From Vitrella brassicaformis CCMP3155 (Eukaryota > Protista > Chromerida), in the NCBI GenBank assembly GCA_001179505.1, contig CDMY01000447.1, forward strand, positions 1 to 64,000: a DNA stretch of 64,000 nt, given 5' to 3'. The notes under the pieces were generated by a model. The model saw only the letters and a program-made list of their open reading frames with translations. It searched no databases and was not told where the DNA came from. Within the stretch, counting starts at the first letter, position 1. Every line of letters starts with the position of its first letter. Made by a program: the position numbers and the translations under genes. Of this stretch, positions 22,472-37,400 are shown in pieces.

Positions 22472-25400
22472 ATGGGCGTGTCCGCCTCATCCCAGCATCA
22501 TGCTGCGCGTGCCGCCACCGCCGCATCTTCCGCAGAGGACGTCCGCAAGATCCGCGAGTACGACGAGCACCTGGTGGCCGTGGCGTTGAATGGAGGCTTC
22601 GGGCGGGATGCCACCGGCCTCACCGAGTTCATCATCAAACACGGCCAGAAGCAGACCAGTGTATCCATCACTCGGCTGCGCAAGTACCTCAGCAAAAGGG
22701 CCGACGTGTACGCGGCCGTGGACGCACTCAACGAGCACTACGGCCTGCTGAATGAGGACACACAGGGGCACACCCGGAAGCGCCTCAAGTGGGGCGTCAA
22801 GAAGCTGAGGAGCCTGGTGGACTATGAGTATTCGGGCTGCCCCTTCGACTTGGACTTTGTGGTGGCGTCGAGGTGCCAGCTCTTCCAGGAGCTCTTCCTC
22901 GCCTCACTCAGAGAACACCAGGTGCGCTCAACACAAACACACACACACACACATGGATGGATGGATGGATGGACGGACGGATGGAACCACGTGTGTGTCT
23001 GTCATGGCTTGTTTGTCTTTGTGTCTGTCATGGCTTGTTTGTCTTGTCGTCAGAAGCGCGGCGGTTCGCGCGAGGCATCAGCATCTGACGGGTCGTCGCC
23101 CCCGCTGCCGCACTGTCTGGCCTACTATGACCGTCTGCCGCAGCAGGCACGGGACAGCCAGTGCAAGCGCATCATTCACACCATCTTCCAGCAAGACAAC
23201 GGAGGTACGCCCGTACTTGTTGGGTTATATGGTGTGTGTGGATGCCTATGCCTCTTCCTTCCAGACAAGAAGTGGCTCCAGGTGCTTCTCGCGCGTGCCG
23301 GCGAGTTCCCCAACCTGGAATGGCCCTTCGCCGTGCCGTCAGGTCCCCCTTCGAGCCCTCCCCCTTCCCTGCCCCCTTCTCTGGCCACTGCCAGCAGCCC
23401 CGCCCCATCAGCCGCATCGCCGCCTGCACCAACCGCCACGAGTGGTGCTGGTGCTGGTGCTGGCAACGGCAACAGGGCCAACAGCACTGCCACGAGTGGC
23501 GGTGGCGGCCCTGCACCGACGGCCACGTCAGATGCGGCCGGTGCGGACAATTCTTCGCAGCAGCAGCAGCAGCAGCAACAGCAACAGCAGCAGCAGCAGC
23601 AGGACGACTCGACCAATGGCACACTGGCCGAACACAGGGTAGGTACCCTGCACACACTCACTAAGCTCACAACACACAGCACACAGACACAGACGTGTTC
23701 CCCGTCTCTCTCTCTGTGTGTGTGTAGGCGTGTGCGATGTCGGAGTCGCTGCTGCAGCTGCTGTTCGACAAGGCCAAGGAGCACCTGATGAACCGCATAG
23801 CCCCCCCGCCGCCCCCGCCCCCCGCACCCCCACCACATCCGCCAACATCGCCCAACGCGCCTGCCAAGGACGACCAGACGGCCAACCAGAAGGGCAGCAA
23901 GGCCAAGAAGAACAACAAGCGCAACAAGGGCAAGTGGGACAAGGAGAGGGAGGACAAGGAGAGGGAGAGGGAGAGGGAGCTGCAGCAGCGGAGGGAGAGG
24001 GAGAAGGAGAAGGACGGCAAGAAGGGCAGCAAGGGGGGCAAAGGTGGCGGGGGCGGCGGCGGCGGTGAGACCACCCCTGAAGAGATGAGAGTGGACAGGA
24101 ACACGGGGGTGTGTCTGTGTCACGTGCTGAGGCGCGTGGCCATGACGTTCCTATTCCACGCGGCCACCTGCAAGGACCCGCAAGCAGAGGTGGTGCCCAT
24201 ACAGGTCAGTGAGGGAGTGAGCACATCCATCCACCTTGCCTTAACGGATGCATCTGTCTGTTCGTGCTGTCATGTGTGTGTGTGTGTCTGTGTGTGTGTC
24301 AGAGCCTGACGTCCTTCTGTCTGCACCTCCTGCGTGTCCTCAAGGAGGCCCTCCACCACCTGGAGGAGCTGCACATTCAACACAAACGGTACCAGTACCA
24401 GCTCCCCGCCACAGCCCTACCCGGCACACCAACACCAACACCAGCAGCTGATTCACCAGCGCGGCAGGACAGCTGCCACAGCAGCAGCAGCGGCAACAAC
24501 AACAACAATGACACGTCTGGAAAGCCGTCCTCTCCCCGTCCGATCCCCTCGCTGAGTCACTCTCTCGTCGATGTGGTGGCGCTGCCGACTTTCTATGCGT
24601 TGGGCGGTGTGTGTCTGAACCCCTGTGTGCGCAAGCTGGTCGTGGTGGTGCTGCCGAAGCTGCATGGCGTGCTCATCCAGCTGGACCGATTGGCGGCACA
24701 CGAGTGAGCGCACTCGACACAGAGACAGAGAGGCAGGGAATGGCGTTGAATGGGTGTGGTGGTGTTTGTATGTGTGTCGCTCAGCACATTCTCCCGCCAG
24801 CTGTGCGAGAATGTCTATCGGTACACGCTGCCCACCCCCGTCCTCTCCATCACCGACACAGACTCTCGCGTCGACCTCGTCCCAGAACAGAAGACACCCC
24901 AATGGCGACCCACCACCACCAGCACCTGCAGCACCTCCAGCGCCAAACCCACCATCAGCGACGGCTTCCTGCCCGAGTCGTCATGCCCCCCTCACGTCAA
25001 GGTGGTGGAGTCGCACCACCCCTACGCTCGGCAGCAGGGCAGCAGGAGCGGCCAGACAGCTGGGCTGGTGGGCAACGAGCGGGTCTCCCGAGTCGTCCAC
25101 TTCGAGGGCGCCTCCCAGATGAGCATCATATTCGACGAACGATGCAACACCGAGAGACACAGAGATACGCTGGAGGTGAGAATTGGGACAGACAGTGGAG
25201 GGAGCAATGGGGGGGAGGTGAGGGAGGGGCATTGATTGTCTGGTTGTTGTGTGTTGTCAGATCTACACCGGTTCCTACTCATCGTCACTGGCGGGCCCTC
25301 CGACGTCGTCGCGCATCCTGGGCCCTCTGTCAGGCGAGTCGCCCCGGTGGCCCAAGAACAGAATCGTCGTCGAACACCCGACAGTCACACTCACCTTCTC

Positions 25401-28400
25401 CTATGGTACCTCCTGCACGCACACACACACACACTCACACAGATGGATGGATGGATGGTTTGACCAGACCCCAACCACGGCGGCCACTACTGGGGCTATC
25501 GCGTCTACTTCATCGCCCAGTTCTGGGCCATCCCGCGGCCGCTCCTCCCGCCGCTGTACCCCACCCCCACTCAGTCCATCGTCACATCCACATCGCCAGC
25601 ACCAGCAGCAGCAGCAGCAGCAGCGGCAGCGGCAGCGGCAGCGGCAGCGTCGCCGCCCCCACCACAGCCCCAACCACCACAGTCGTCCCCAGAGTCACCA
25701 GAGGGTGTCAGCCAGGGAGGGCCCGTGACGCCCTCCCCGCGACCGCCCCCCTCATCCCCCCCACCAGTGACACGGGGGCCCCCATATGTGGTGGGGGGGA
25801 TTGGGCGAGGCGGCAGCCCTTCCATGACGTCGTCAAGGGCGTCGGTGGGCCGTGGCGGTGCGGCAGGGGGAGGTGGAGGTGGGAGGGGCAGGGGAGCGTC
25901 GCCTGAGATGATGCCTGGTGGTGGTGCGTCACCACCTGCTGGTGGTGGCGGTGGATGCAGCCCGACTCGGAGAGGGGGTGACGGAGGCGGGGATGGGGAC
26001 GGGGGCAAGGTCAAGCTGCCATTGGCTGTGGACCTGCTCCTGGCGACATCGAGCGCTCTCGCGGCGTCATGCGGTGAGCCGATAGCACATTCCGAGCAGC
26101 GTCGGGCCACCTGATTGTCTCTCCCTGTTTGTGTGTGCAGCACTGTTGCTGCGCGGCCCGACTGTGAGTGAGTCGGAGACGAAGTACGCCAGTGTGCTCA
26201 ACTCGAGTGTCTTCTCGGGAGGATTCCAGGAGGAGGAGACACCCGTGCTGCGGGTGCGTGTGCACAGACACACGACAGACAGGCACACACACAGGCCAGG
26301 CCGCCGTGTATGAGGTGATTGCGTATGGTGGTTGTGCAATGTATGGATGGATCAGGGATTGACGGCCCCGATGTCGCCCAGCGGCACTCACCTGGCGCAG
26401 GCCTCGCCCGAGGCGGGGCCACTGCTCCACTTCCCCGACACACCCACCAGCTCACAACCACAAATGAGCCGTACGCACCCCCCAAGCCCCCCGAGAGACA
26501 GAGAGAAGGAGGGAGGGAGAGACGGAGTGAGACATGGAGTGTGTGTGTGTGTGTGGATGGTTGCAGGTGAGGGTTCGTCCGGTGAGGTGGAGTTCGAGAT
26601 GGAGGAGCTGGAGCTGCCCTCCCCAATGGAGATCGACCCCGCCACCATCGCCCCCACTCCCACACACACCTCGCCAACCGACATGCCCCTCTCCCTCGTG
26701 CCGTCACCCACGGCAGGCCAGGCATCCAGGGACTTCGTGCAGCAACACCAGCACCAACACACACACAGGGGCCGTGCACAAGTGCGAAGCAGGAGTGGCA
26801 GCGGCGTCGGCACGGCCCATGAGGACGACGCAGCCCGGGAGAGGGAGCGGCGAGCAGCCAGCAGCGTGCAGGAGCAGCTGCAGCCATGGCTCAGGAACTC
26901 ACAGCAGTTCTACAACGACGGTACGAATGACCAGCACACACACAAACACACACACCCCATCTCTCTCTCTCTCTCTGACGCTCTCTCTATCTCTGTGTGT
27001 GTGTTCATCTCCTTCTCTCAGTCGTCGACGGCGAGGGTCTGGGCGCCCTCCTGTCGTCCGTGTTGGACGCGGCGTCTCAGCTCGAGACGGAGGCGAGAAA
27101 GGGCGCCGGTCGCGACGCCATGGCGGCGGCTGCCGAGCGGCTTGGCGGGCCGGGCGTCAGCAGGGCTGTCAGGGCCTATGCCTGCTGCTTCTTCAAACAC
27201 CTCGGCATCACTGGTACGGACCACTGCGTGGTGGTTCTTGCTTTCTCTGATGGATGGATGGCTGTATGTTCAGAGTTGGCCATCCGTGTGGTGGAGAAGT
27301 GCCTTGTGGCGGAACAGCAGCAACACCAGCAGCAGCAGCAGAGCGCATCAAGCACCAGCACAGTCACCGACCAGCCAAGCGCCCCAGACAGCCACCGACA
27401 GATGGCGCAGGCCATCCTCAAGGACCGCGTATGCACTGCAATATGGCCGCACACACAACACGCCATGCGTCCCTTATGTGTGTGTGTGTGTGCGTGTGCG
27501 TGTGCGCGTGCAGAGCTTTGCCCCCCTTGTGTCGGTGTGGACATTGAGCCGTCGCATGCGGCCGTGGGTGGTGAGTGAGCGGCAGAAGGCTGCCCTCAAC
27601 CTGGAGGAACTCAAGCAGGCACACCAACAGCAGCAGCAGCAGCAGCAGCAAGATCAAGACGGCGGACAGCAGCAACCCGACACACCCACAGCAGGCACCG
27701 AAGGCAAGAAGGTCAGTCAGCGACAAGCACTTTGGAACAGGCGCACCATCTCACCGTACCCCTGTTGCGTTGCGTGGATTGGATGCAACAGAGAGAGCTC
27801 GAGGCGCTGTGCTCTTACGACTACTGGAGCAGCGTGCAGGTGTCCAAGGCCCGTGTCCTCCTCTCCCTCGCGCCATGCCGCAAACCAAAGCCCCCCTCTA
27901 CCCACCACCACCAGCCGCCAGCCCCCCTCGCCCCCCAAACAGAGGACCTCTCCACCGCTGCCAAGAGAGAGCGACGGAGCAGACAGAGGCGCCGTGACGG
28001 TCAGGGTGGCGGTGGTCTGTTTGAGATGGAGATGCTTGCCCGGTGTCTGGGTGAGGTGCTGTGTGGTGACGGCGGGTCGGGGCGTGCGCGGCTGGAGGAG
28101 CTGGCGAGACACAAGGGGGATGAGGGGTCCACTGATATGGACAGGTGAGTGAGAGTGGTTGGGTGAATGGATGGATGGATGGATGTCGTCACGGGTCGTT
28201 CGTCTGTGCGTGTGTGTGTCTCGACAGGTTACGTAGTCGGTTCACGATGTGGCAGGAGCTGCAGCACTTTGCGGCGTGGAAGCGGGAGGCCACGGCGCTC
28301 TCTTCATCCGAGGCAGAGGAAGATGAAGAGGACATCGGTGCGTACGGTCGTATGTACGGTCACGAAGCACTGCACAGCACAGGACATGAGCGACGGCCCT

Positions 28401-31400
28401 GTGTATGTGTGCGTGTGTGTGTGTGTGTGTTGGGTCAGACGATGAGAGTTTGGTCCACAGCATCGTCAGCGGCATATCGTCCTTCATGCTCATGCTCCCG
28501 CCCCCACCACCACACGACACTAACCAACAAGCAATCGGTACCCACCCCTCACCCATTGCACACACACACGCACACACACACACGTGTGCCAACATGCCCC
28601 CTTCCCCCTGTGTGTTCAGATGAGGACACCGACCTGAGCCGTCTGCGTGAGGTGCTCCGCAGCCGTCAGTCGCGTGCAGAGGGCCGCATCCAGGCATACG
28701 ACCTCGTGTGCAACTGTCTGGCCAACCTGCACTTCCCATACACCCTCCGCACCCTACTCAAGACGCTCCGCTCGCTCGGCCGGGAGGTGCCGTCCCTCCA
28801 GCCGGTGGCCTCCGTGCCCTTCTCCACCTTCCTCAACGTCTCACCCAGCCCCTCCACGACAGGCAGCGGGCTCGGGCAGCAGGAGGTGCTGCAGCTGCAG
28901 CGATACCGCAACGCCTGTTGGGGCTTCTTGCGGCCTTATGAGTATGGCGGTGGGGGGGAGAAGGGCGGCGGGCTGGACTGGCACTACGCCGACAACATCA
29001 GGGGCTGCGGCAGAAAGACTGAGCGGCAGCTGCTCAAGTCATTCTACCGCACGGTCGCCGTCATTGTGGGCGCCATGAAGCGGGGACCCACGAGACCTGA
29101 CGTCCACACCATCTCACTGCCCGCAGCTGCACCCCACTCGCACACCGAAGCATCCCCCTCCCCCTCCCCCTCCCCGCCCCCGCCCCCAGAAGATGCAGGC
29201 GACTCCCCGGCCTTTCGGTGTGTGTCTGGCGGTGCCAGTGGTGGCGGTGACTCCAGGGCTTCTAGCTTGGGAGTGCAGCACGGGCTGGAGATGACGGGTG
29301 TGGGTGTGGGTGTGGGTCACCACCATGGCGAGTGGCCTCTATGGCCGGTGTGTGTGGAGCGGACGGCACTGTCGGCGCTGGCGACCTTCTCATGGAGAGA
29401 GACTGACCACAAGGCGGGTAAGTGAGCTCAGCTCGCTGGCACGCGACACGCCGCGTGAGCCGCTATGAGAGGCTGGCTATGTGTGTGTGTGTGTGTGTGT
29501 GTGGGCACTGATCAGTGATTGAGTCCGGGGCGCTTCACGGCATCCTGCAGCGCGCCACCATGGCCATCTCCATATCGACGGCGGTAGCCGCATCCGCCCA
29601 CCCCCCATGTCTGGAGGTGGAGACCTCCCACGACACCTACCTCTACCTCCTCACCTTCTCCATCTACTGCCTCCGACTCGCCGCCCTCCACTCCTCACCC
29701 GCACGACGAGTCGCACTCGGGCTCTGCGGCGAGCGGCTCCGGGCTTTCGCCCTCACCCTGCTGCAGACAGCCTTCCCCACCCACCCCCTCATCACCTCGC
29801 CCACCATCACCAACACGGAGCGGCAGCAGCCGTCGACAAGACCCCCACCCCTTCAGCTTCACTCGTCAACACAGCCACGGACCATCCAGGATATGACCAA
29901 GATGATGGCTATGGGTGCCGCTGCCGCTTCTGCTTCTGCTGGTGGCCGTGGAGATGGGGGGTCCCCTGCGCAGAGGTCCGAGCCATCACCGTCGCCGCAG
30001 CGAGTAGTGTCGGATGGAGCGGGCAGCAGCGGCTCACCCCCCATGTCTGAGCCACACCAGCAGCATCAGCGGACGACGGCATTCGGTGACATGGTGGCCA
30101 CCACGAGCACACGGCGGCGTGTGTCGCTGAGTGCGGTGCTGGGGTCGGAGACGACAAGGCAGGGTGTGCTGCAGGTGACCACATTCGAGGCCATCGAGTC
30201 GTTCACCGCCTTCTTCCTCTCACACCTGCTGGCCCTCACTGTGCGGCTCTTCTCGCCCAGCAGCCACGCCCCGCCCCTAGCAGACGTCACGCCATCAGCT
30301 CACCCCAACCGCTCAGCCGAGGCCCTCCGCCGCCCGTCGATGACGTCGGTTACGTGGAGCCCCCCACAGCAGGCGGCAGACGGTGACACCAAGGCCATCA
30401 TGGCCACACTCGCAGAGCTGGACCCGCAAGCCGAGGCTGCGAGGCGGCTGCTGCGGACCTCAGAGGAGATGGCGGCCGGGGTGGTGTGCTGTCTGCAGTC
30501 GGGGGTGGCGCGGCTCGTCCGGCTGGCCGTTCGGTTTCTGGCCCGTGTTGCCCCACACCTGGAGCCTGCCGACGTGTCGCGGCTGTACAGCCAGGCCTTC
30601 TCGCTCATCCAGCCGAGCCTCCTCGCCTTCGCCCCCTCGCCCCTGACATCCACGTCATCCCCCCCGCCCACCACCACCGCCATCGCCCCTGCCGACACAG
30701 AAGCCTTCCTGAAGTCCCTCCTGATGCACATCGGCTATTGTGTGGCGGTGTGCGACCCCTCTTCGGCCCGGGAGAGGATGGCAGCTGTGCCGCGGAAGTA
30801 CTGGGTGTCGGAGGGGAGCAGTGGGCTGCACGCGCTGATGCAGAGGTGGGAAGGGAGTGCGGCCAAGTGGGGCCCGGGGGGTCTCTTCCTGGCCGTGACG
30901 GCTGGGGCGGCGAGCGAGTGTGCGCAGGAGGGGGTGTCGCTCGTGCGGATGATGCTCGCCACAACCAAGGGGACCGACGCCGCCAGGAGTTGGAGGCGGG
31001 CCATTCACCCACAGTTGAAAGGTAAGGGACAGACAGACACCACCATCACACCACACACACAGAACACCAGAGCAACACACATACACACAATTAAATGTGT
31101 CTCTCTCTCTCATCAGAGGCCCTGAAGATAGCGTCCGTGGTGCTGCGTCATGACGGCGGGAAGGGCGGCCCGCTGAGCTGGGGGGACCTGTGTTGGTGCC
31201 TGGGCGGTCTGGCGGTGATGGGCGGGGTGTGTGAGCAGCTCCGGGTGGGGGCCGTCGTGCAGCACAAGTCATCCGTCGGGGCCGACTCGGAGAGGGGCGT
31301 GCTCGTGAGGCATTCGCGATGGGACTGCCAAGCCGACGTGCTCCTCTTGGCACCAAACACCACAAGTAAGTGGGCTTTCATCCCATCTATCACACACATG

Positions 31401-34400
31401 CAGTGCAGACCTGCACAGCACAGGCAGAAACACGCGACACCTGCCTCTGTCTGTCCGTCTGTGGCTGGGTGCAGGTCGATACGTCCCCCGTGTGCTGCCC
31501 GTCAATCCCCAGGTGGTGGTGCCCGTGGGCCTCGTCGAGACTTCAGCGGCACTTTTCACCTCACCATCATCCCTCCAACCCTCGTCCACCGCCTCACCTT
31601 TCGCCCTAAGCACCATCAAGACCAGCACCGACAGCAAGGACACTGCTGGTCCGGCAATCGAGGACCCCGATCTGGTGGAGGCCCTTATTGCTGTGGCAAT
31701 GGTGGCCGAGAAGGGCTTGAGGTCGGGGGCAGAGGAGAAGGACAGTGCTCTTGGTGGTGGGAGTGGTGGTGGCGTGTGTGTGGATGGTGAGGAGGGGGGC
31801 GATGAGTGTGTGTGCGAGGGCGGGGGGCTGGAGATGCTGCGGCAGCAGATCCAGACAATGGCGCTCACGGCCATATGCGAAATGCTCAAGGACAAGGCTG
31901 TCGTCGGTAGGATGAACACATACACACACACACACAGAGAGAGAAAGGACCAAAGAGAAGCCCACTATCATCTGTCTGTGCGTATGTGTGTGTCCCCCAG
32001 AAATGGTGCTGTCTCGCCAGAAGGAGCTGTTCCAGCCGCTGTTGGACATCTCCCTCCGCCCGGTGCAGGTGCGGTCCTTCACCGGCCTTCGCGACCTCCA
32101 CGAGCGGGCGCAGAAGCTGCGGCAGCTGGCCAGGGACAGGCTGCAAAACACCGTCGGGCCTGAGCATCGCCGTCTGGTCCGCCAGACCCAGGCAGACGCC
32201 ATCCCGCACTCGACCTTCCGGCTGTTCAAGGGCCTCCTGCCCACTGCATGGGACTCCCAGACGGCCCGGCACTTCATCTTCAGCACCTCCAACTTCCGCC
32301 ACCTCTACCGCCTCTCGGGCGAGCAGCTCCTCACCCCATCAGCATCCAGGGGGGACGCACACGCACACCCCCAACACCCACACCACGCTGCCCGCGGCCC
32401 GGGCAATAACGTGACCGAGACCGTGACGGGCGTCCGTGTGACGTTCATCGAGACGGTCCGTCAGCAGTCGTCGGACGGTGTGCTGCTGGCTGCTCAGGAG
32501 GATGAGGGAGAGGAGGACGACGAGGGCGAAGACGAGGAGGGCGAGGAGGAGGAGGATGAAGAGGAGGATGAAGAGGAGGGGAATGGGGAAGGAGATGACG
32601 ACGGAGACGGTGACGGCGATGGGGATGAGCCGCCCATGACGGGGCCAGGGGGTGCAGCTCAGCCACAACCACTGCCACCACAGCAACAGCAAGAGCAGCA
32701 GCTGCAGCCACAGCAGCAAGAGATGTTCCAAGAGTTCCAGGAGGCCCGGGGGGACTCTGCTGACGACCAAGAGGTCCAGGAGGCCAGGGCGGACTCTGCT
32801 GACGACGAGTTCAGGGACGCACAAGGCCCCTCGTCGAGCGAAGACAACGAGGCCTCAATGCAGGATGCTCGCGAGGCGCCCTCAGAAAGTGGCGCCCAGC
32901 AAGAACCCCCCGCAGCTGACACAGCCAGCCCCCCTGCCACCCAGCCGCCGCCACAGGAGCAGCCACAGCCGCCTAGTCAAGGAGAGCCTTTGGTCCCGCC
33001 GGCTGTCCCCCCACCAGTGGACGAGGGGTTCGGCGAGGCATTCCTGCCGCCCGCAGCTGCTGCTGCTACTCAACAACAGCAACAGCAGCAGCAGCAGCAG
33101 CCTCCGATACCCGATGGTCCACAGGGGGGCGTGCCCTTCGCTGATGACGACATGGCCTATGACGATGAGCTTGCCTTGGCCATCGCCCTGTCGCTGGAGG
33201 TGAATCGGTTACATCACGACCAGCTCCCGGCCGAGACGGCCGCCCCTGCAGACACGAGTGGGAGCGGCCCCTCGCCCAGTCAGCAGGAGAGCCAGGCGTC
33301 CTTCCAGCAGCCTCCCGGCGATCATGAGCCCGTGGCTGCAGAGGCGGGGTCGGCCTCGTCAGCGACATCGCCCGACCACCCACCACATGCAGCTGCCCCT
33401 CCGCAGGCCGCAGGAGAGACGATCCAGCCGCCGCAGCAGCCGGCCCCCCTGCCATCATCCGATGTCTCCCCTCCTGCCATCCACACACCGGCACCATCGC
33501 CGGCAGCGGGCCTTGCTGGTGACGCATCGCCATCCTCTGCCGCTCAGGAGCCCCAGCAGCAGCAGGAGGGTGGAGGGGCGGGTGAGGGCGCCGGTGAGAG
33601 CCGTGGGGGCCAGAGCTCCCCTGACATCACTGCGCAGGACGAGGCGCTGGTCAAGGCCCTTGACCAGGCGGGGGCCATGAACGAAAGTGTCGCACGGTGA
33701 GTGAGTGAGGCAGGGAGTCAGGGAGCACAAGCAGACAGGAGAGGATGCATGTGTGTGTCTGTGTGGATGAAAGGTCCAACAACGCGGTGCCGCACTCGCT
33801 GCCGGGTTACTACTTCGAAGTGACCATCCTCGACCTGCCGGAAGGAAGTAAGGAATCCACGGAACGGCAGAAGGTGGCATGACTGGTCTGTGTGTGTGTG
33901 TGTGTGTGTGGTGCTGGCTGGCAGGTCTGGTGAGTGTGGGATTGCAGCGTGACGGCCACAGGATGGACGGCGGGCCGGGTTGCAACTACTCCTACGCCTA
34001 CTGCAGCGAGTGAGACACACAAGCAAACAGACGACAGACAGACACATGCAACGCACACCACACCCTCCATCTATCCCATCTGCTTGCCTGTCTTCCTCCC
34101 TCATATGGATGGATGGATGGATGGATGGCTGCAGTGGTCGCTTCTGCCACTCCACCGACGAGTTCCCCCGCCGCACGGCCAACGGCCCCCCCTTCCAGGC
34201 GGGCGACACCATCGGCGTCGGCTACCACAGACAGAGAAAGATGATCTTCTTCACCAAGAACGGGCGATGCACCCAAGTCCAGCTCCCCTCGCCCTCCTCC
34301 TCGTCCCCCTCCTCTGCCGACCTCCTCTGCGACGAACCCGTGCCGGCCTTCAGCCAGTGGACCGGCAACATCCGCGTGCGCCCGATGGTGTGGGCCGAGG

Positions 34401-37400
34401 GGCTGCAGGGCGCGGCGGTGAGGGCCAACTTCGGCCAGGAGCCATTTAAGTTCCCCTACGAGGCGACCTTGACCGACGAGGACATCAGCGAGATCGCTGG
34501 CGAGCTGGGCGAGGGGGAAGGGGGCGAGGAGGGCCCGGCCGCGCAGCACCTGTCCGAGCAGGAGCGGCAGCGCCGCACGCTGGCAGAGTTCCTTTCGGAG
34601 TTCCACCCACACATTCCACTGCAGCTGTGCATACTGGCTTTGGAGCGGTGCGGGGACAACCTGGATGTGGCCTCCAACTGGCTGTACGAGAACCAGGAGA
34701 GGGAGATGGAGCGGATGGAGGCCAACATCCTCGAGTTCTCACGGCAGGAGGCCGAAATGCGGCAGCAAGAGGACGAGGAACGGCAGGTGCAGCAGCTGCA
34801 GCGCGACTACGACGAGCTCACCGATCAGGAGCTTCTCGAGGCCTTCGGCATAGAGGAGCTGCCGCAGGCCGGACCCTCCCCCGGGCCCCCTCCGCCCCCG
34901 TCAGACCACCCCTCTGACGGCTCACCCACCAGCGCCTTCCTGCCCTCAAACCCCGATTTGCCCCTTCCTCCGTCATCTGACTTTGTCCAGCGTCTGCGTC
35001 GCCGAATGCAGGATGAGGTGCAGACCACAGAGGAGGTGGTGCTCTCACTCATTCAGGGCAACCGGTATGACGATCTCGACATGGATGGCGGCGAGGAGGA
35101 CCAGCAGGCGCCTCTTGGGGTTGCCAACGCCATGGCCAACGCAGGGGCCGGCGCACGCAGCAATGCTGGTGGCGGCGAGGGAGGGCGGTCGGGCGAAGGC
35201 GGCCTGGCCAGCGGGGCCGGTGGGGGCCGCGACAGCGACCGACGGAGCACTATCAAAGTGGAGGATGTGCGCATAGGCACCATGCTCCGCATCGACCCCG
35301 ACCCGGCACACATGGTCGGGCTGGAGAGCGCGACAGACGGGGCACCCACCAGACACATGTGGGAGGTCGGCGGCAGCCAGGCCACCGCCCTGGTGGATCT
35401 GTGCGACGGACAGAGAGGGGGCGGGTCGGCGTGGATGCGGCTGGCCGGCCGTCACGGAGTGGTGTGGGAGATCGACGCCAACGCCAAGATCGTGGTGCTG
35501 GAGGTCTGGGAGGCCGGCCGCTCCCTCCAGATGCTCGTCAGGGTGCCCCTGGCCGCCTGTAGCAGACCCACTGCCAGATGGCTCAACCCACTCGACAGCA
35601 TGCTCCCGAACCCCGAGACATCCCCAGACAGCCTGAGGGACACTCTCGACCTCCTGCAAGAGACCGAGGCGGCCGTGGCCAGCCTACAGGTCCGCCACAC
35701 TGCTTTGTGGATTGTTGCCGAGTCGGAGGCGGACCGCTTCCAGGTCGAGGACTTCAGCTCATTCCAGTCCTTCCTCAAGCTCCTCAAGCTCGCCTACGCC
35801 GAGCTGGGGCCGCCCTTGGCAGGCGGGGATGCCTCGGGCGCATCAGCGACGGCTGTCGGCCCTCAACCGAGCGACTCCGATGCCGCAGACCGCGAGCAAA
35901 GCGGGTCTGCGTCTCACGTGTTGCTGCAGTCACTTCTCGGGCTGCTGCGCCGTTTCCTGGAGCACGACAGCAAGGGTCAGCTGGTGGAGAGTTTGGTGGA
36001 GGAGTGCCAGGCGCACTTCCACAAGTCGCTGGTTTACCAGTTCCCAAGAGAGGTGCGCGAGAGTGACCACCCCTACAAGGAGGGCAAGGACGAGCGGTCC
36101 TCAGTGTACATCCCCGGCTGCCAGCGGCTGCTCGCCATATTCGACCCAAGATGCGACCTCGCAAACGACGCCATGACGGCCGTCCAGATCTATACCGACG
36201 AGCACTACGACGTCTGCGCCTTCAGAGGCCAGGCGGCCGGACTCGCCGGCCGTGCGGTCGTCGTGGGGTCTAACACCTGCTGGCTGCGGTTCACGAGCTC
36301 GCCGACGAGCAGCCAGAAGTGGGGGTACTCGGTGGTGTTCTACCCGCTGGAGCTGAGGCTGGGCGACAGGGAGGCGCTGGAGTCGGACAATGTGCACCTG
36401 GGGGCGGCGCTGCTGAAGCTCATCCTGCAGGAGAACGTCATCCCAATACAGAGGAAACTCGCCATGCTCCCCCGCTTTGTCGACCTGCTCCTCAGCCTGG
36501 CTGCCGACCGCCCGTCATGCCGCCCATCCGCCGCACCGCTGCTGGTCCAGGTGCTCTCACACTTGGCGCAGAACTACACCCAGCTCCTCCTCGACCGGCC
36601 GGCAACGCCATCCCCTGCGTTGATTGGCGGGCCATCTTGGCACCTGACTCTGTCGCCCAGCAGCTGGGCGACCTTCCTGCAGTTCTACATCCACTCGCAG
36701 GAGGTCTTCGCCGAGCGGTTCGGGGCGCTGGAGTTCCGCTTCGGCGGCAGCATGGTCGGCTCGATGCGGCAGATGGCATCCCTCGCCATGATGAGCGCCA
36801 TCGCACCAGATGCATCCTCTTCGTCGTCACGCGGCACCTTCTCTGCGGGGTCGTCGGACGCCCGTGTGCTGCTGCTGCACCTCCTGTCTGACATTCTGCT
36901 GTCCGCTCGGGAGCTGGCGAGAGGCTTGGGTGTGGACTGGGCCCTTTTGGAGTCGCTGGGCGACATGTACAGCAAGGCGGTGGAGGGCTGCCGCCCTGGG
37001 GACGACGGCATGGTGTGCGACTGGTCGGAGGCGGTGTGCAACCAGCTGCAGCCGCTCCCCTCGTCGGCCCTGATGGCCTCAACCCTGCTGCTTGAGCTGG
37101 TCAGCACACCAATCGAGCGCAAGATCGAGGCATACCTGGACCAGGAGAGCTCCTCGGCCTCCAAGGACGATGGGCCGCCCAAACATGAAGACGACGGAGA
37201 CAACCACAAGCAGGCGGCGGAGGGCGAGCCACCCACTGACGCGGCAGCCGGTGAAGGAGACCAGCCGCAAGCTGCCGAAGCGAGCGACGACAAGGCACCA
37301 GAGACGACGGCGTCTGACAAGAAGACCGAGCCTCCCCCTCCATTTACCGTCCATCCGGCTGCCCAAGTGTCCACCAAAGCGGACGCCCCTCCACTTCTGC

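Noticed and set aside
32732-32812. 39-nt tandem repeat in the ligase (EFQEARGDSADDQ / EVQEARADSADDE)
   Set aside because: Ordinary in-frame duplication within a low-complexity acidic linker.
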